DNA of 64,000 nt. Origin: an uncultured Desulfosarcina sp. (lineage in GTDB: Bacteria > Desulfobacterota > Desulfobacteria > Desulfobacterales > Desulfosarcinaceae). Below the pieces are notes generated by a model. It searched no databases and was not told where the DNA came from. It saw nothing but the letters and a program-made list of their open reading frames with translations. Positions 37,102 to 46,993 of this stretch are shown in pieces. The stretch spans positions 1,728,001-1,792,000 of the forward strand of contig CAXXWQ010000003.1 in assembly GCA_963674945.2 (NCBI GenBank), in the 5' to 3' direction. Numbering within the stretch: position 1 is the first letter of the stretch; each line of letters begins with the position of its first letter. The position numbers and the translations under genes were made by a program.

Positions 37102-39224
37102 AAATCATATGAAAGCTCGGCCCACCATGTTCTTCCCGGTTGGGGATAGTCCTCCGGATATGTGTTTATCGGCGCAGCATACCGTACGTCTTCATTAAAC
37201 ACGTTCTGTATGCCGGCTCTCAGTGCAAGTTTTTTTATAAAAAGATTGAATACGCTGCCGGTCACATCAATCGTATGGGATGCATCCGCTTTGCCTCTGG
37301 CGTCCTGCGGGTCCCTGTTCTGCTTTCCCACATATCGATAGTGTGCATTGAGAATCAGATTTCTGTGGGCCTGATAGGAAAGGCCAAGGTTGGCCAACCA
37401 GTTAGCCGTTCTCGGTATGGGTTCATCCGTGTCCTCGTCTTCGGTGTGTGAATAGGAAACATTGCCGTCCAGCTTCAGTGTGGAAAGAAGCGATTGTTCA
37501 AGTTCCAGTTCGGCGCCGGTTAGCCGGGCTCCGCCGGAATTAACCCAAATGTCACCCTCACGGACGATCACATCGTTCAGATTTGAATGAAAAAGAGTAA
37601 TTCGGCCCATGGTTGCAGTTCTGCGGTAGATATAGCCCAGTTCGAAATTCTCGCTGGTTTGTGGTTTGAGTTGCGTGTTGCCAAAATTGAAAACAGATCC
37701 GAGTTGATGATACAACTGCTGGAAGGATGGCGGCATGTAGGCCTGGGCGTATTGCACCTTGAAGATATGTGCGTCGGAGAGTCGCCATACCCCGGCCAGC
37801 CTGGGGCTGAGGCTGTCGTCCGTATCGTTGTAGCCGTCGAATCTCAAGCCGGCGGTGATATCAAAGGTGTCGGTTGCGGAAAACTCCTCCTGAACGACAA
37901 TGCTGTTAATGCGTCTTTCCCGGTCCTTTCCGATCAGGGCGCCGTCAAAATGTTGCATGCTGTTTGTCGGGCTTGGTTCGGTGGTGTCGATATCGAAATT
38001 GGCCTCCCGCCAGGTGTCGTCACCCTGGTATGTCTGGGAGATGGACCACTCGGCAAAAATTCTGTGCCGATTCCATCCCTCCCATGTCATGTTGATGGCC
38101 CCTTGATACCGATCCTCATCGTAGCTGAATGCCAAATCCATGCCGTTCGGGTAGGTGAAAGCCGGTGTCGTAAAACCGGGTGGATACAAGGTGACCCGAT
38201 CTGCGCTACTCTGATCATAGGACATATAGCCCAGCTTTGCATTGAACCATAGTGCGGAGCTGACGTTGACACGCTGATTGAGTTCAAGAATCCAGTATTT
38301 GCTTTCAAAAGCAATGCTATCTCTGTCCGGCGGCAAGGCATTGTCCCCACCGAAATAATCCCCATGGCCTGCATTCAGATACTGCGCGATGAACGAGAAA
38401 TTCTTAAAAGCCAGATCCATGATGGCAGCGTTCGTAAAACGGTCTTCATTGGCCGGACCGGGTGCGTTGGAGATATCTCCCTGGCCGATACAATACAATT
38501 TGTCCGTCCCGGACTGGGTGTCGGCGCCATCGGTGTCCCTGCCGCTCAGGTTCAGGCTCGCCCGAAAATCCTTGTCCGGCTTCGACCAGGAGGCAATCCC
38601 GCCCGCCCCATAGGTTTCATATCTTCCCGCCTCACCGTAAATGGAATTGCCTTCGGTTCGCGTAACGACATTGATTACACCGGTATTGGCATAACCACCA
38701 TGCACCGCAGACCCCGGCCCGCGGATTACCTCGATGCGCTCCACCTGCGCGATGGGAATACCGAGAAATGGGTAGAAGTTACCAGAAAATACATTGTTGA
38801 CCAGAACACCATTGAGCATGAACTGGTTGCTGGCATATCCAAAGGTCTCCGAAAGGCCTCTCACACTCACGGATATGGCGCCGTGACCTCCCGTGGTCAC
38901 CGCTATGCCCGGCACCAGGGATAGCGCTTGGGCCACATCCCTCATACCGCGGGTCAACAAATCCCTTCCCTCAAGCACGGTGACCATGCCGGGGACGTAA
39001 TCCGCGTTTAACTTTGATTTGGTGGCGATCTCGGTGTGTTTGTCCAGAACGGAAAGCAAACGGGCCAATTCGGCCTCGTCCTCCGAATTGTCAACCTGGG
39101 CTCGGTGCAAATTGGTATTATCTGCCAAGGCGGGTATAATGGAGAAAAACAAGATCAGCAGGACAAGGGATGACCGATGAAAAACATATCGTATTGATCT
39201 ATTTATCATTTTTTTGCTTACCAA
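37098..39224 (-). CDS. TonB-dependent outer-membrane receptor
   Basis: Plug motifs ALSLVPG and VERIEVIRGPGS...GVINVVT. Barrel motifs AGLRFD and LSPR, with C-terminal GRTWWAELSYDF. Confidence 0.92.
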   Translation of the reverse strand: MVSKKMINRSIRYVFHRSSLVLLILFFSIIPALADNTNLHRAQVDNSEDEAELARLLSVLDKHTEIATKSKLNADYVPGMVTVLEGRDLLTRGMRDVAQALSLVPGIAVTTGGHGAISVSVRGLSETFGYASNQFMLNGVLVNNVFSGNFYPFLGIPIAQVERIEVIRGPGSAVHGGYANTGVINVVTRTEGNSIYGEAGRYETYGAGGIASWSKPDKDFRASLNLSGRDTDGADTQSGTDKLYCIGQGDISNAPGPANEDRFTNAAIMDLAFKNFSFIAQYLNAGHGDYFGGDNALPPDRDSIAFESKYWILELNQRVNVSSALWFNAKLGYMSYDQSSADRVTLYPPGFTTPAFTYPNGMDLAFSYDEDRYQGAINMTWEGWNRHRIFAEWSISQTYQGDDTWREANFDIDTTEPSPTNSMQHFDGALIGKDRERRINSIVVQEEFSATDTFDITAGLRFDGYNDTDDSLSPRLAGVWRLSDAHIFKVQYAQAYMPPSFQQLYHQLGSVFNFGNTQLKPQTSENFELGYIYRRTATMGRITLFHSNLNDVIVREGDIWVNSGGARLTGAELELEQSLLSTLKLDGNVSYSHTEDEDTDEPIPRTANWLANLGLSYQAHRNLILNAHYRYVGKQNRDPQDARGKADASHTIDVTGSVFNLFIKKLALRAGIQNVFNEDVRYAAPINTYPEDYPQPGRTWWAELSYDF

Positions 39225-39622
39225 GCCTTGTTTTCTGTTTTTGGATAAATATTGCCGGCGAGCATGAAGATTGGACCGTACAAGAGCAAAAGGGCAGGAA
39301 GAGAAGGCGCGGTTGCCGAATTAGAAAAACCAAATTGCGCAGGAACAAGAAAAGCAGCCTGCCGGTAATTTGTGCAATGCGAGACGATTACAATGTTAAA
39401 TCGGTAAAATATCGTACCATACTTCCGTTGTGATGTTAACAGCAATGATGTATGTTGGGGTTCGTCACCGAATTTTTTCTGCTGTGACAGATCACGGCCG
39501 TCTTATGTAACGGGGCTTGTCCATTTTTCGTCGACAAATTAACTCTTGACTCTTTTTTCCATATGGTGATATTTGCCTTAGTTTTTATCGATCCATTTGG
39601 TTGGACCACTTGGGATCCACTA

Positions 39623-39666
39623 TCCTTGCTCCGGCCGACGGTCGGGGCTATGAAGCCACAAGGAGG
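39623..39666 (+). promoter_or_regulatory. S6:S18 ribosomal protein leader RNA
   Basis: Stem TCCTTG (39623-28) pairs with CAAGGA (39659-64), overlapping the SD. Inner stem CTCCGGCC-GAC-GGTCGGGG. CCA in the internal loop matches the CCR motif of this known leader. Lies directly before rpsF. Confidence 0.8.
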
Positions 39667-39670
39667 AATC

Positions 39671-40177
39671 ATGAAGCGGTACGAAACAATTGTCATTATC
39701 GACCCTGACCTGTCCAAGGAGGCCGAAGCACCGATCCTTGAGCGGGTCAACGATTTGATCCCCCAGTACCAGGGAGTTCTCATCGAAACGGATGATTGGG
39801 GAACCAAGAAACTGGCCTACGACATTAAGAAAAAAAATCGGGGGCATTATGTCAGACTGGATTTTTGTGGTGATGGTGCACTGATCCAGGAGATGGAACG
39901 TTTTTTTCGGATCGACGATAAAATCATGAAATTCATGACGGTCCTTCTGGATGAAGATGCGGATATCGAGGCGATCCAGGCCGAGGTAGCCCAAAAAGAG
40001 GCCGAAGCGGTAACTTTGCCGGCCCAGGAAACGGAAGAAACCGTCGAGACCCAAGAGGACGCAGCGGCCAAGGAGGCCGACACCCAATCCCGGGAGACGG
40101 AAAAGGCCCCAGAGAAAGAGACATCCGTAGCGTCGACCGAAGAAGACACCCCCAACCGAGCCGATAAAGAGGAGTAA
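39671..40177 (+). CDS. rpsF: 30S ribosomal protein S6 with long acidic C-terminal tail
   Basis: Motifs MKRYETIVI and WGTKKLAYDIKK. AAGGAGG RBS precedes ATG 39671. Confidence 0.95.
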   Translation: MKRYETIVIIDPDLSKEAEAPILERVNDLIPQYQGVLIETDDWGTKKLAYDIKKKNRGHYVRLDFCGDGALIQEMERFFRIDDKIMKFMTVLLDEDADIEAIQAEVAQKEAEAVTLPAQETEETVETQEDAAAKEADTQSRETEKAPEKETSVASTEEDTPNRADKEE

Positions 40178-40180
40178 GAC

Positions 40181-40444
40181 ATGGCTATTACCAATAACCG
40201 TCCCCGAAAACGCAAAAGAAGAGTCTTCCACCGGCGTAAAGTATGCCGATTCTGTGCAGACCAAAGCCTCGCCATCGATTACAAAGATCCCAAAACCCTC
40301 AAGTACTTCATCACGGAGAGGGGAAAAATCATCCCGCGGAGAATTTCGGGAACCTGCGCCAAACATCAGCGGGCCTTGACCCATGCCATCAAACGGGCAC
40401 GAACCATTGCCCTTTTGCCCTATGTCGGGACCCATGACCTATAA
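40181..40444 (+). CDS. rpsR: 30S ribosomal protein S18 (Cys-containing form)
   Basis: Motifs [30 protein letters not shown] and IKRAR. Confidence 0.97.
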   Translation: MAITNNRPRKRKRRVFHRRKVCRFCADQSLAIDYKDPKTLKYFITERGKIIPRRISGTCAKHQRALTHAIKRARTIALLPYVGTHDL

Positions 40445-40496
40445 GCCTTTTAGGTACTGCGGGCAAAGTCGTGCGCCCCATCGTTAGGAGAGACGG

Positions 40497-41468
40497 ATGG
40501 TACCGTTGCCATTACAAAGTCGAGTATCGAAAGATATCGCTACGGGCGTAATGGCCACGTTGGCCATCTATTCCATGTCGATCTTCATGCCGGTAGTAGG
40601 CTTTTTCTTCGCCATCTTCACGCCCCTGCCCGTTCTTTTTTACCGAACCAAGCTGGGCAGGCGCCATGGCATGATCGTTCCAATTCTGGCCATCGCAGCA
40701 ATGGGCCTTTTATTGGGTGGCGTCACGGTGGATATGCTCTTTTTTTCCGGGCTCATGTTCCTGGGATTTGCCATGAGCGAGATGTTTGAAAAGGAGCTCT
40801 CCATAGAGTTTACCATTGCGGGTGCGTGTGCAATCGTTATCGGTGTCGGCCTGCTTGGCATTGTGCTGTACAGTATGATCAACCAAAAGGGGCTGTTCTC
40901 TCTGGTCTCCACCTACGTTGCAAACAATTTGGCGTTATCCCTGGAACTGTACAAGGAGATCGGTATGCCCCGGGAGACCATCGACGCCATATCCAATTCC
41001 CTGGATCGAATTCAATACGTTCTGGTCCGGATAATGCCCTCGATGGTGGTGGCATCCTTGCTCTTCGTCGCATGGACCAACCTGATCGCTGCAAAGCCGA
41101 TTATGCGGCGAAGAGGATTATCTTACCCGTCCTTCGGCCGTCTCAATCACTGGCGGGCACCGGAGTCGCTGGTGTGGGGCGTGATTGGCTGTGGCGTGAT
41201 CCTGCTTTTGCCCGTAACGGGCATCCGGCTGCTCGGCGTCAACGGACTGCTGGTGCTCCTCACCGTCTACTTCATCCAGGGCATTACCATCGTCTCCTTT
41301 TTTTTTGAAAAAAAAAAGGTACCGACCGTCGTTCGGGTGATACTGTACATGATCATCGCATTCCAGCAACTCATCCTGCTTGCCATCATATGCATGGGAC
41401 TTTTCGACATGTGGATTAATTTCAGAAAAATCAACGTCGATAAAAAAAAACCGGACCTGCCGTCATAA
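40497..41468 (+). CDS. DUF2232/YybS family membrane protein
   Basis: Multi-TM protein with YFIQG and GLFDMWINFRK, in its usual position between rpsR and rplI. Confidence 0.85.
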   Translation: MVPLPLQSRVSKDIATGVMATLAIYSMSIFMPVVGFFFAIFTPLPVLFYRTKLGRRHGMIVPILAIAAMGLLLGGVTVDMLFFSGLMFLGFAMSEMFEKELSIEFTIAGACAIVIGVGLLGIVLYSMINQKGLFSLVSTYVANNLALSLELYKEIGMPRETIDAISNSLDRIQYVLVRIMPSMVVASLLFVAWTNLIAAKPIMRRRGLSYPSFGRLNHWRAPESLVWGVIGCGVILLLPVTGIRLLGVNGLLVLLTVYFIQGITIVSFFFEKKKVPTVVRVILYMIIAFQQLILLAIICMGLFDMWINFRKINVDKKKPDLPS

Positions 41469-41496
41469 TTTCCGGCGGGCCTTTGGGAGGATACAC

Positions 41497-41946
41497 ATGA
41501 AAGTGATTTTAAAGGAAACCATCAGTTCGTTGGGCATCATCGGAAGCGAAGTCAACGTGGCCAACGGGTATGCGCGCAACTACCTGCTCCCCCAGGGGAA
41601 GGCCGTTCCGGCCACGCCCCAGCAGCGAAAAATTCTCGAACAGGAAAAGGCGAAATTCGAGTTGCAGATCGCAAAGGAGAAAGAGTTTGCCCAAGAAATG
41701 GCCAACCGCCTGGAGGCGGTTACGGTCTCCATCGCATCCAAGGTACATGAGGCGGACAAACTCTACGGTTCCGTAACCGTGCGAGACATCATCGATGCGC
41801 TCGGCAAACAGGACGTCGAAATCGAAAAAAGAATGGTCCTTTTGAAAGAACCCATCAAGACCATCGGTACATTCAAGGTCCCCATCCGTGTGTATCAGGG
41901 CGTCGAGCCGGAAATTACCGTCGACGTGGTACCCGAAGAAGCGTAA
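41497..41946 (+). CDS. rplI: 50S ribosomal protein L9
   Basis: Motifs MKVILKE, GYARNYLLPQG and KLYGSVT. GGGAGG RBS. Confidence 0.97.
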   Translation: MKVILKETISSLGIIGSEVNVANGYARNYLLPQGKAVPATPQQRKILEQEKAKFELQIAKEKEFAQEMANRLEAVTVSIASKVHEADKLYGSVTVRDIIDALGKQDVEIEKRMVLLKEPIKTIGTFKVPIRVYQGVEPEITVDVVPEEA

Positions 41947-41999
41947 TCTTTCCGATCACGTTGCAATAACTTTCTTTGCCGGGAGTACACCGGCTATAT

Positions 42000-42168
42000 A
42001 GTGTCCGTCCGGAAATAGGCAAATTTGGTCGAGATCGAGGCGCACGAAAAATTTTACCGGAGGTGCCCGAAGGAAATGCCCTTGGGGTGCATATAGTTGA
42101 TATTCCGAGGATAAAATTTTTCGCGCAACGAAAATATCGGGCAAATCTGACATTTCCGGATGGGCACT
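42000..42168. repeat. MITE/REP-like palindromic element, copy 2 (169 bp) with 26-nt nested hairpin
   Basis: Terminal IRs AGTGTCCGTCCGGAAAT and ATTTCCGGATGGGCACT. Colinear with the reverse complement of 10873-11015 except for an insert at 42063-42088. Confidence 0.85.
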
Positions 42169-42201
42169 CAGTGTGTCCTCCCGGTTCATTAGGTGTAGCA
42201 T

Positions 42202-43563
42202 ATGCCCGAGCCCCCATTTCCGGCATCCGAGGGCCCCACGTATCACAGGATTCCGCCCCAAAACATCGAAGCGGAAGAATCGATCTTAAGCGCCATTTTA
42301 ATCGACAACAGCTCCATCGTGGACATCCTCGAAGTTCTCAGCTCCGAAGATTTTTACAAAACGGCACATAAATCGATCTTCACGGCCATCGAAACCCTCT
42401 ATGGGAAAAGTGAACCCATTGATCTGGTGACGCTCAGCAACGCGTTACGGGAAAATGGCGAACTGGAAAAAATCGGCGGTGCCGCCTATCTGGCCCGGTT
42501 GGTGGACACCGTACCACTGGCCGTGAATGCCCACCACTACGCGCGCATCATAAAGGACAAGTCGATCTTGCGCCACCTGATCGAACACGCCAACGCCATC
42601 TCCAACCGTTGCTTCGAAGACCGTGGTGAAGTGGAACGGGTCATTGAATTTGCCCAGAGCGCCATTTTCGAAATCTCCCAGGGCAAAAGCAACAAGGCAT
42701 TTTCACCTTTAAGCCAGATCATCGAATCCAACATCGATACCCTGGAAGAACGCCAGGGGAACCGTGCGTTGGTCACCGGGGTAACCACCGGCTTTTCGCA
42801 GCTGGACAAACTCACCTCCGGTTGGCAAAATTCAGACCTCATCATCCTGGCGGCCCGTCCGGCCATGGGAAAGACTGCCCTGGCCCTGAACATGGCCCGA
42901 AACGCAGCCGTCGATGCAGATGTGCCGGTGGCCATATTTTCCCTGGAAATGTCCAAGGAGCAACTCTCCCTGCGCATGCTCTGCGCCGAAGCACGCGTTG
43001 ACTCGTCCCGCATTCGAAGCGGTTTTTTAAACCAGGAGGATTGGAACCGCATCACCGATGCGGCCGACCGGCTCACCAATGCCCCTTTGTTTATCGACGA
43101 CTCGCCGGACATCTCCACCACCACCATCCGGACCAAATCCATGCGCCTGAAAATGGAAAAGGGCCTTGGCTTGATCATCATCGACTACCTCCAGCTCATG
43201 CGGGGAAATGCCAACATCGAAAGGCGAGACCTGGAAATCTCGGAAATTTCGCGATCGCTGAAGATTCTTGCCAAAGAGCTGAACGTGCCGGTGATCGCCC
43301 TTTCCCAGCTCAATCGGAAACTGGAGGAACGGAGCGACAAGCGTCCCCAGTTATCTGACCTACGGGAATCCGGTGCCCTGGAGCAGGATGCCGACCTCGT
43401 GGCATTCATCTACAGGGATGAGGTGTACCACCGGGAAGAAAACAATCCGAACAGCGGAACGGCTGAAATCATCCTGGCGAAACAACGAAACGGCCCCACG
43501 GGAATGGTCCCCATGGCCTTTTTGAAAGCCTATACCCGATTCGAGAATCTTGCCATCGAATGA
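42202..43563 (+). CDS. dnaB: Replicative DNA helicase
   Basis: Motifs PPQNIEAEE, AARPAMGKT, IDYLQL, LSQLNR and DLRESGALEQDAD. Confidence 0.97.
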   Translation: MPEPPFPASEGPTYHRIPPQNIEAEESILSAILIDNSSIVDILEVLSSEDFYKTAHKSIFTAIETLYGKSEPIDLVTLSNALRENGELEKIGGAAYLARLVDTVPLAVNAHHYARIIKDKSILRHLIEHANAISNRCFEDRGEVERVIEFAQSAIFEISQGKSNKAFSPLSQIIESNIDTLEERQGNRALVTGVTTGFSQLDKLTSGWQNSDLIILAARPAMGKTALALNMARNAAVDADVPVAIFSLEMSKEQLSLRMLCAEARVDSSRIRSGFLNQEDWNRITDAADRLTNAPLFIDDSPDISTTTIRTKSMRLKMEKGLGLIIIDYLQLMRGNANIERRDLEISEISRSLKILAKELNVPVIALSQLNRKLEERSDKRPQLSDLRESGALEQDADLVAFIYRDEVYHREENNPNSGTAEIILAKQRNGPTGMVPMAFLKAYTRFENLAIE

Positions 43564-45185
43564 AAGAGATTTTCGGCAACCTGTTGGGCCTCAAATCCAG
43601 CCAGATCAAGAGGTTGGAAAATCTCGGTCGGCGGCGCGTTCCCCCACAGGCCATCATCTCCTATGAACTTTGCCGGGATTTATGCCGATTGTCAGCTGAA
43701 ATCGGCCGGCAAATCGGGCTCCTCATCGAACGCAGCGGAAAAATCGCAAGGGTATTGGCCGGAGAGGTGGATCGGATCGTCATACCCGATCTTCGGGAAT
43801 ATCGTCTTGCCCCTGACCGTCTCCGCGGACTTCGGTGCGTTCACACCCACCTGACCGATACCCCCCTCACCCAGGACGACCTGACGGACCTCTCCCTGCT
43901 TCGGCTCGACCTCATGGCGGTCGTTACAATGGAGGCATCCGGAATACCGGACAAGATCCACTGGGCCCATATTCTTCCCGGTGAAAAAGAGGGATTGCCC
44001 TATCAAATCATGACACCGGTTCCCCCCTTTCGACCGGAAGTGGGCTGTGCGGATCTGATTCAGGCACTGGAAGCCGAATTAACCCGCAAGAAAAGAGACG
44101 ACAAAAGCACCGCCGCCGAACGTGCGCTTCTGGTTTCCGTCTTTACCGGAACCCGGAAAGATGCCATGGAATCGTTGGATGAATTGAAAGAGCTGGCGCG
44201 AACCGCCGATATTCACACCATCGATACGATTTTGCAAAAACGGAAAAAACCCGATCCTCGATTTCTCATGGGCCGTGGGAAACTGGACGAGCTGGCCATC
44301 TCGGCGCTCCATCAAGGAGCCAGTCTTATCGTCTTCGACCAGGAGCTGAACCCATCCCAAATTCGCTCCATCGCCGATCGAATCGAAATCAAGGTAATTG
44401 ACCGAACCCAGTTGATCCTGGACATTTTCGCGCTTCGGGCCAAAAGCCGCGAGGGAAAACTGCAGGTGGAGCTGGCACAGCTCAAATACATCCTTCCCCG
44501 ACTGGTTACCAAGGACACGGCCCTGTCCCGACTCACCGGTGGAATCGGCGGCCGCGGTCCGGGGGAAACGAAGCTGGAGATCAATCGCAGGCGCGCCAGG
44601 GACCGCATCCGGCAGTTGGAAAAGGCCGTGGCCATCGTCCAGAAAAACAGGGGCCAACAAAGAAGCCGGCGAAACAAGAAGGGCCTTCCCGTCATCTCCA
44701 TCATCGGTTATACCAACGCCGGCAAATCGACCCTTCTCAACCAGTTGACCCAAAGTCGCGTGTTGGCGGAAGACAAACTGTTTGCCACCTTGGATCCATC
44801 AAGCCGAAGACTTCGGTTTCCACAGGACGTAGAAGTAATCATCACTGATACGGTTGGATTTATCCGTAATCTGCCCGCGGCACTCATGGCCGCCTTCAAG
44901 GCCACGCTGGAGGAGCTGGAAAGTGCCGACCTCTTGTTGCACGTCATCGATATCAGCAATCCCCGTCATCCGGAGCAGATCCGTGCCGTGGAAAATATTC
45001 TCGATGAACTCAACTTATCTTCCATTCCGACCATCCGCGTACTCAATAAAATGGACCGTATCGATCCGCCAGGCCGGGAAATACTGGTCCGCCGCTTAAA
45101 CGGCGTTGCCATCAGTGCATTGAACCGTCCCTCGTTGAAACCCTTGTCCCGGCAAATGCAGGATGCCGTAGCGGATTTTTTGTAG
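43560..45185 (+). CDS. hflX: GTPase HflX, long form with N-terminal extension
   Basis: Motifs GKLQVELAQL, GPGETKLE, GYTNAGKS, DTVGF and NKMD. ATGA overlap with dnaB. Confidence 0.95.
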   Translation: MKEIFGNLLGLKSSQIKRLENLGRRRVPPQAIISYELCRDLCRLSAEIGRQIGLLIERSGKIARVLAGEVDRIVIPDLREYRLAPDRLRGLRCVHTHLTDTPLTQDDLTDLSLLRLDLMAVVTMEASGIPDKIHWAHILPGEKEGLPYQIMTPVPPFRPEVGCADLIQALEAELTRKKRDDKSTAAERALLVSVFTGTRKDAMESLDELKELARTADIHTIDTILQKRKKPDPRFLMGRGKLDELAISALHQGASLIVFDQELNPSQIRSIADRIEIKVIDRTQLILDIFALRAKSREGKLQVELAQLKYILPRLVTKDTALSRLTGGIGGRGPGETKLEINRRRARDRIRQLEKAVAIVQKNRGQQRSRRNKKGLPVISIIGYTNAGKSTLLNQLTQSRVLAEDKLFATLDPSSRRLRFPQDVEVIITDTVGFIRNLPAALMAAFKATLEELESADLLLHVIDISNPRHPEQIRAVENILDELNLSSIPTIRVLNKMDRIDPPGREILVRRLNGVAISALNRPSLKPLSRQMQDAVADFL

Positions 45186-45282
45186 TCCGAAACAGACGAC
45201 GTATCTTCAGATAAAACAATGAGAACTTGATGAAGGTGTAACATGCATCATCTACAAATGCGGTCACCCTGGGATTCGAGGG

Positions 45283-46993
45283 CAGCAGTTTTGGCTGAAC
45301 GGGGTTCATCCCAGTTTTTGTGTGTTTGCTAGCGTATCGAAAATAAAATTTCGCGAAGCCAAACCCCCGCAAAATACGTAACAACTTGTTATAATTAGAG
45401 ATATTAAATCTAGACGCGTGCCGTTTTTATTGCTATAGATAACAGTAGGTTATACATGGCTATGAGGACGGCATGCACATCAAAAAACATCTGAGCTTCA
45501 GCACGATGAGAAAAGCCCTTTCGGCGATTTTCGAAAAGATCGATGATCCCCGGCAAAAGGGCAAGGTCGACTATTCGCTGCATGACTGTTTGATGAGTGC
45601 CCTGGCGATGATGTTTTTTCAAGACCCTTCCGTTCTCTCTTTTCAGCGGCGCATGCACGATCGCATGCAAGACAGTAATCTGAAAGCCATGTTTGCGGTT
45701 AAAGACATCCCCAGCGACAGTGCTTTGCGCCAGACGTTGGATAATATTCCAACCGAAGCGATTCATCCGGCATTTCCCTTTTTGCTACAATGCTTGCAGC
45801 GGGGCAAGTACCTGGATGCCTACAAGTTGGAAAGCGGGCACCATTTGATTGCATTGGACGGCTCACAGTATTTTTCTTCCGAAAAGATTCACTGTCCCAG
45901 TTGCCTGACTCATAAAGGCGCAAAAGGATCGACCCGTTACTCACATCAGATCTTACAGGCCGTTATGCTCAACCCGTACATGCGCCAGGTTTTGCCCCTG
46001 GCCCCGGAGCCCGTTGCCAATACCGACGGCACCACCAAGCAGGATTGCGAGATCAATGCGGGAAAACGGATCGTCGACAAAATCCGCCGTACTCACCCAA
46101 AACTGAAGATGATCATTACCGCCGATGGGCTATACTCCAAACAGCCCTTTATCGATGTGTTGAAAGATGCCCGCATGTCCTTTATCCTGGTGGCCAAACC
46201 CACCGATCACAAGTTGCTGTTCCAGTGGGTTGACGAAATCGATGGGCTCGGACAATGCGGTCACCTACAATTCACCGACGATAAAGGGCGCCGCCACGTT
46301 TATCGTTGGGTTAACCAGGTGCCTCTCAACGGTAGCCGCAATGCCGATCCGGTGAACTTTTTCGAGTATTGGCTGCACGTGGGGCAAAAGGCCACCTACC
46401 ACAACAGCTGGGTCACCGACCGTAAGGTGAGCAAGGCCAATGTCGTCGAATTGGTACGCGCCGGTCGGGCGCGCTGGAAAATCGAAAACGAAACGTTCAA
46501 CACTTTGAAGAATCAAGGCTACCATATCGAACACAACTTCGGTCACGGCCAACGTTATTTGTCGAACACCTTTTTTATTCTGAACCTGTTGGCTTTCTTC
46601 ATCCATCAAATCCTGGAACTGTGTGATCGTGGTTATCAGTATTGCCGGTCTAAATTCAGTTCCCGAAAAGAGTATTGGAACAACCTGCGTACTGGTATCC
46701 GGTTGATGCTCTTTCGTGACTTCGAACATCTTTTGCGCAATGTGGCCGACCCACCCGAAATCCGAGCACCGTAGCCATCTGTTCGCCCATTTGTCACCAC
46801 GGTTACCCACCACTGATCCCCAAACTTAGGCGGATAATGCCGACCTGTTGCCTTTTGGTAAATGGACTACCGCTATAACTCTGAGATAGTACCAATTTGT
46901 TGGAAAGCTATCCCAAAACCGCCTAAATAATGATAAGTCACAACCTGAAAAACCTACGAACCTGATCAAATGACTGTTCACACAGAATTACTG
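45283..46993 (+). mobile_element. Insertion sequence, 1711 bp, with 9-bp target site duplication
   Basis: Ends CAGCAGTTTTGGCTGAAC and GTTCACACAGAATTACTG (13/18 inverted match). Flanked by the direct repeat ATTCGAGGG at 45274-45282 and 46994-47002. Confidence 0.9.
45473..46774 (+). CDS. DDE transposase (ISNCY/ISAs1-related type)
   Basis: Motifs DDPR..KVDYSLHD, IALDGS, ITADGLY and RARWKIENETFNTLK. Confidence 0.9.
   Translation: MHIKKHLSFSTMRKALSAIFEKIDDPRQKGKVDYSLHDCLMSALAMMFFQDPSVLSFQRRMHDRMQDSNLKAMFAVKDIPSDSALRQTLDNIPTEAIHPAFPFLLQCLQRGKYLDAYKLESGHHLIALDGSQYFSSEKIHCPSCLTHKGAKGSTRYSHQILQAVMLNPYMRQVLPLAPEPVANTDGTTKQDCEINAGKRIVDKIRRTHPKLKMIITADGLYSKQPFIDVLKDARMSFILVAKPTDHKLLFQWVDEIDGLGQCGHLQFTDDKGRRHVYRWVNQVPLNGSRNADPVNFFEYWLHVGQKATYHNSWVTDRKVSKANVVELVRAGRARWKIENETFNTLKNQGYHIEHNFGHGQRYLSNTFFILNLLAFFIHQILELCDRGYQYCRSKFSSRKEYWNNLRTGIRLMLFRDFEHLLRNVADPPEIRAP

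Noticed and set aside
39290..39320. GGTTGCCGA resembling the 3' end of a second c-di-GMP riboswitch
   Set aside because: No GGCAAA, GNRA or GACGCAAA core, and it is on the wrong strand for the TBDR operon.
42202..43563. Intein in dnaB
   Set aside because: The protein has normal length (453 aa) and contiguous motifs.
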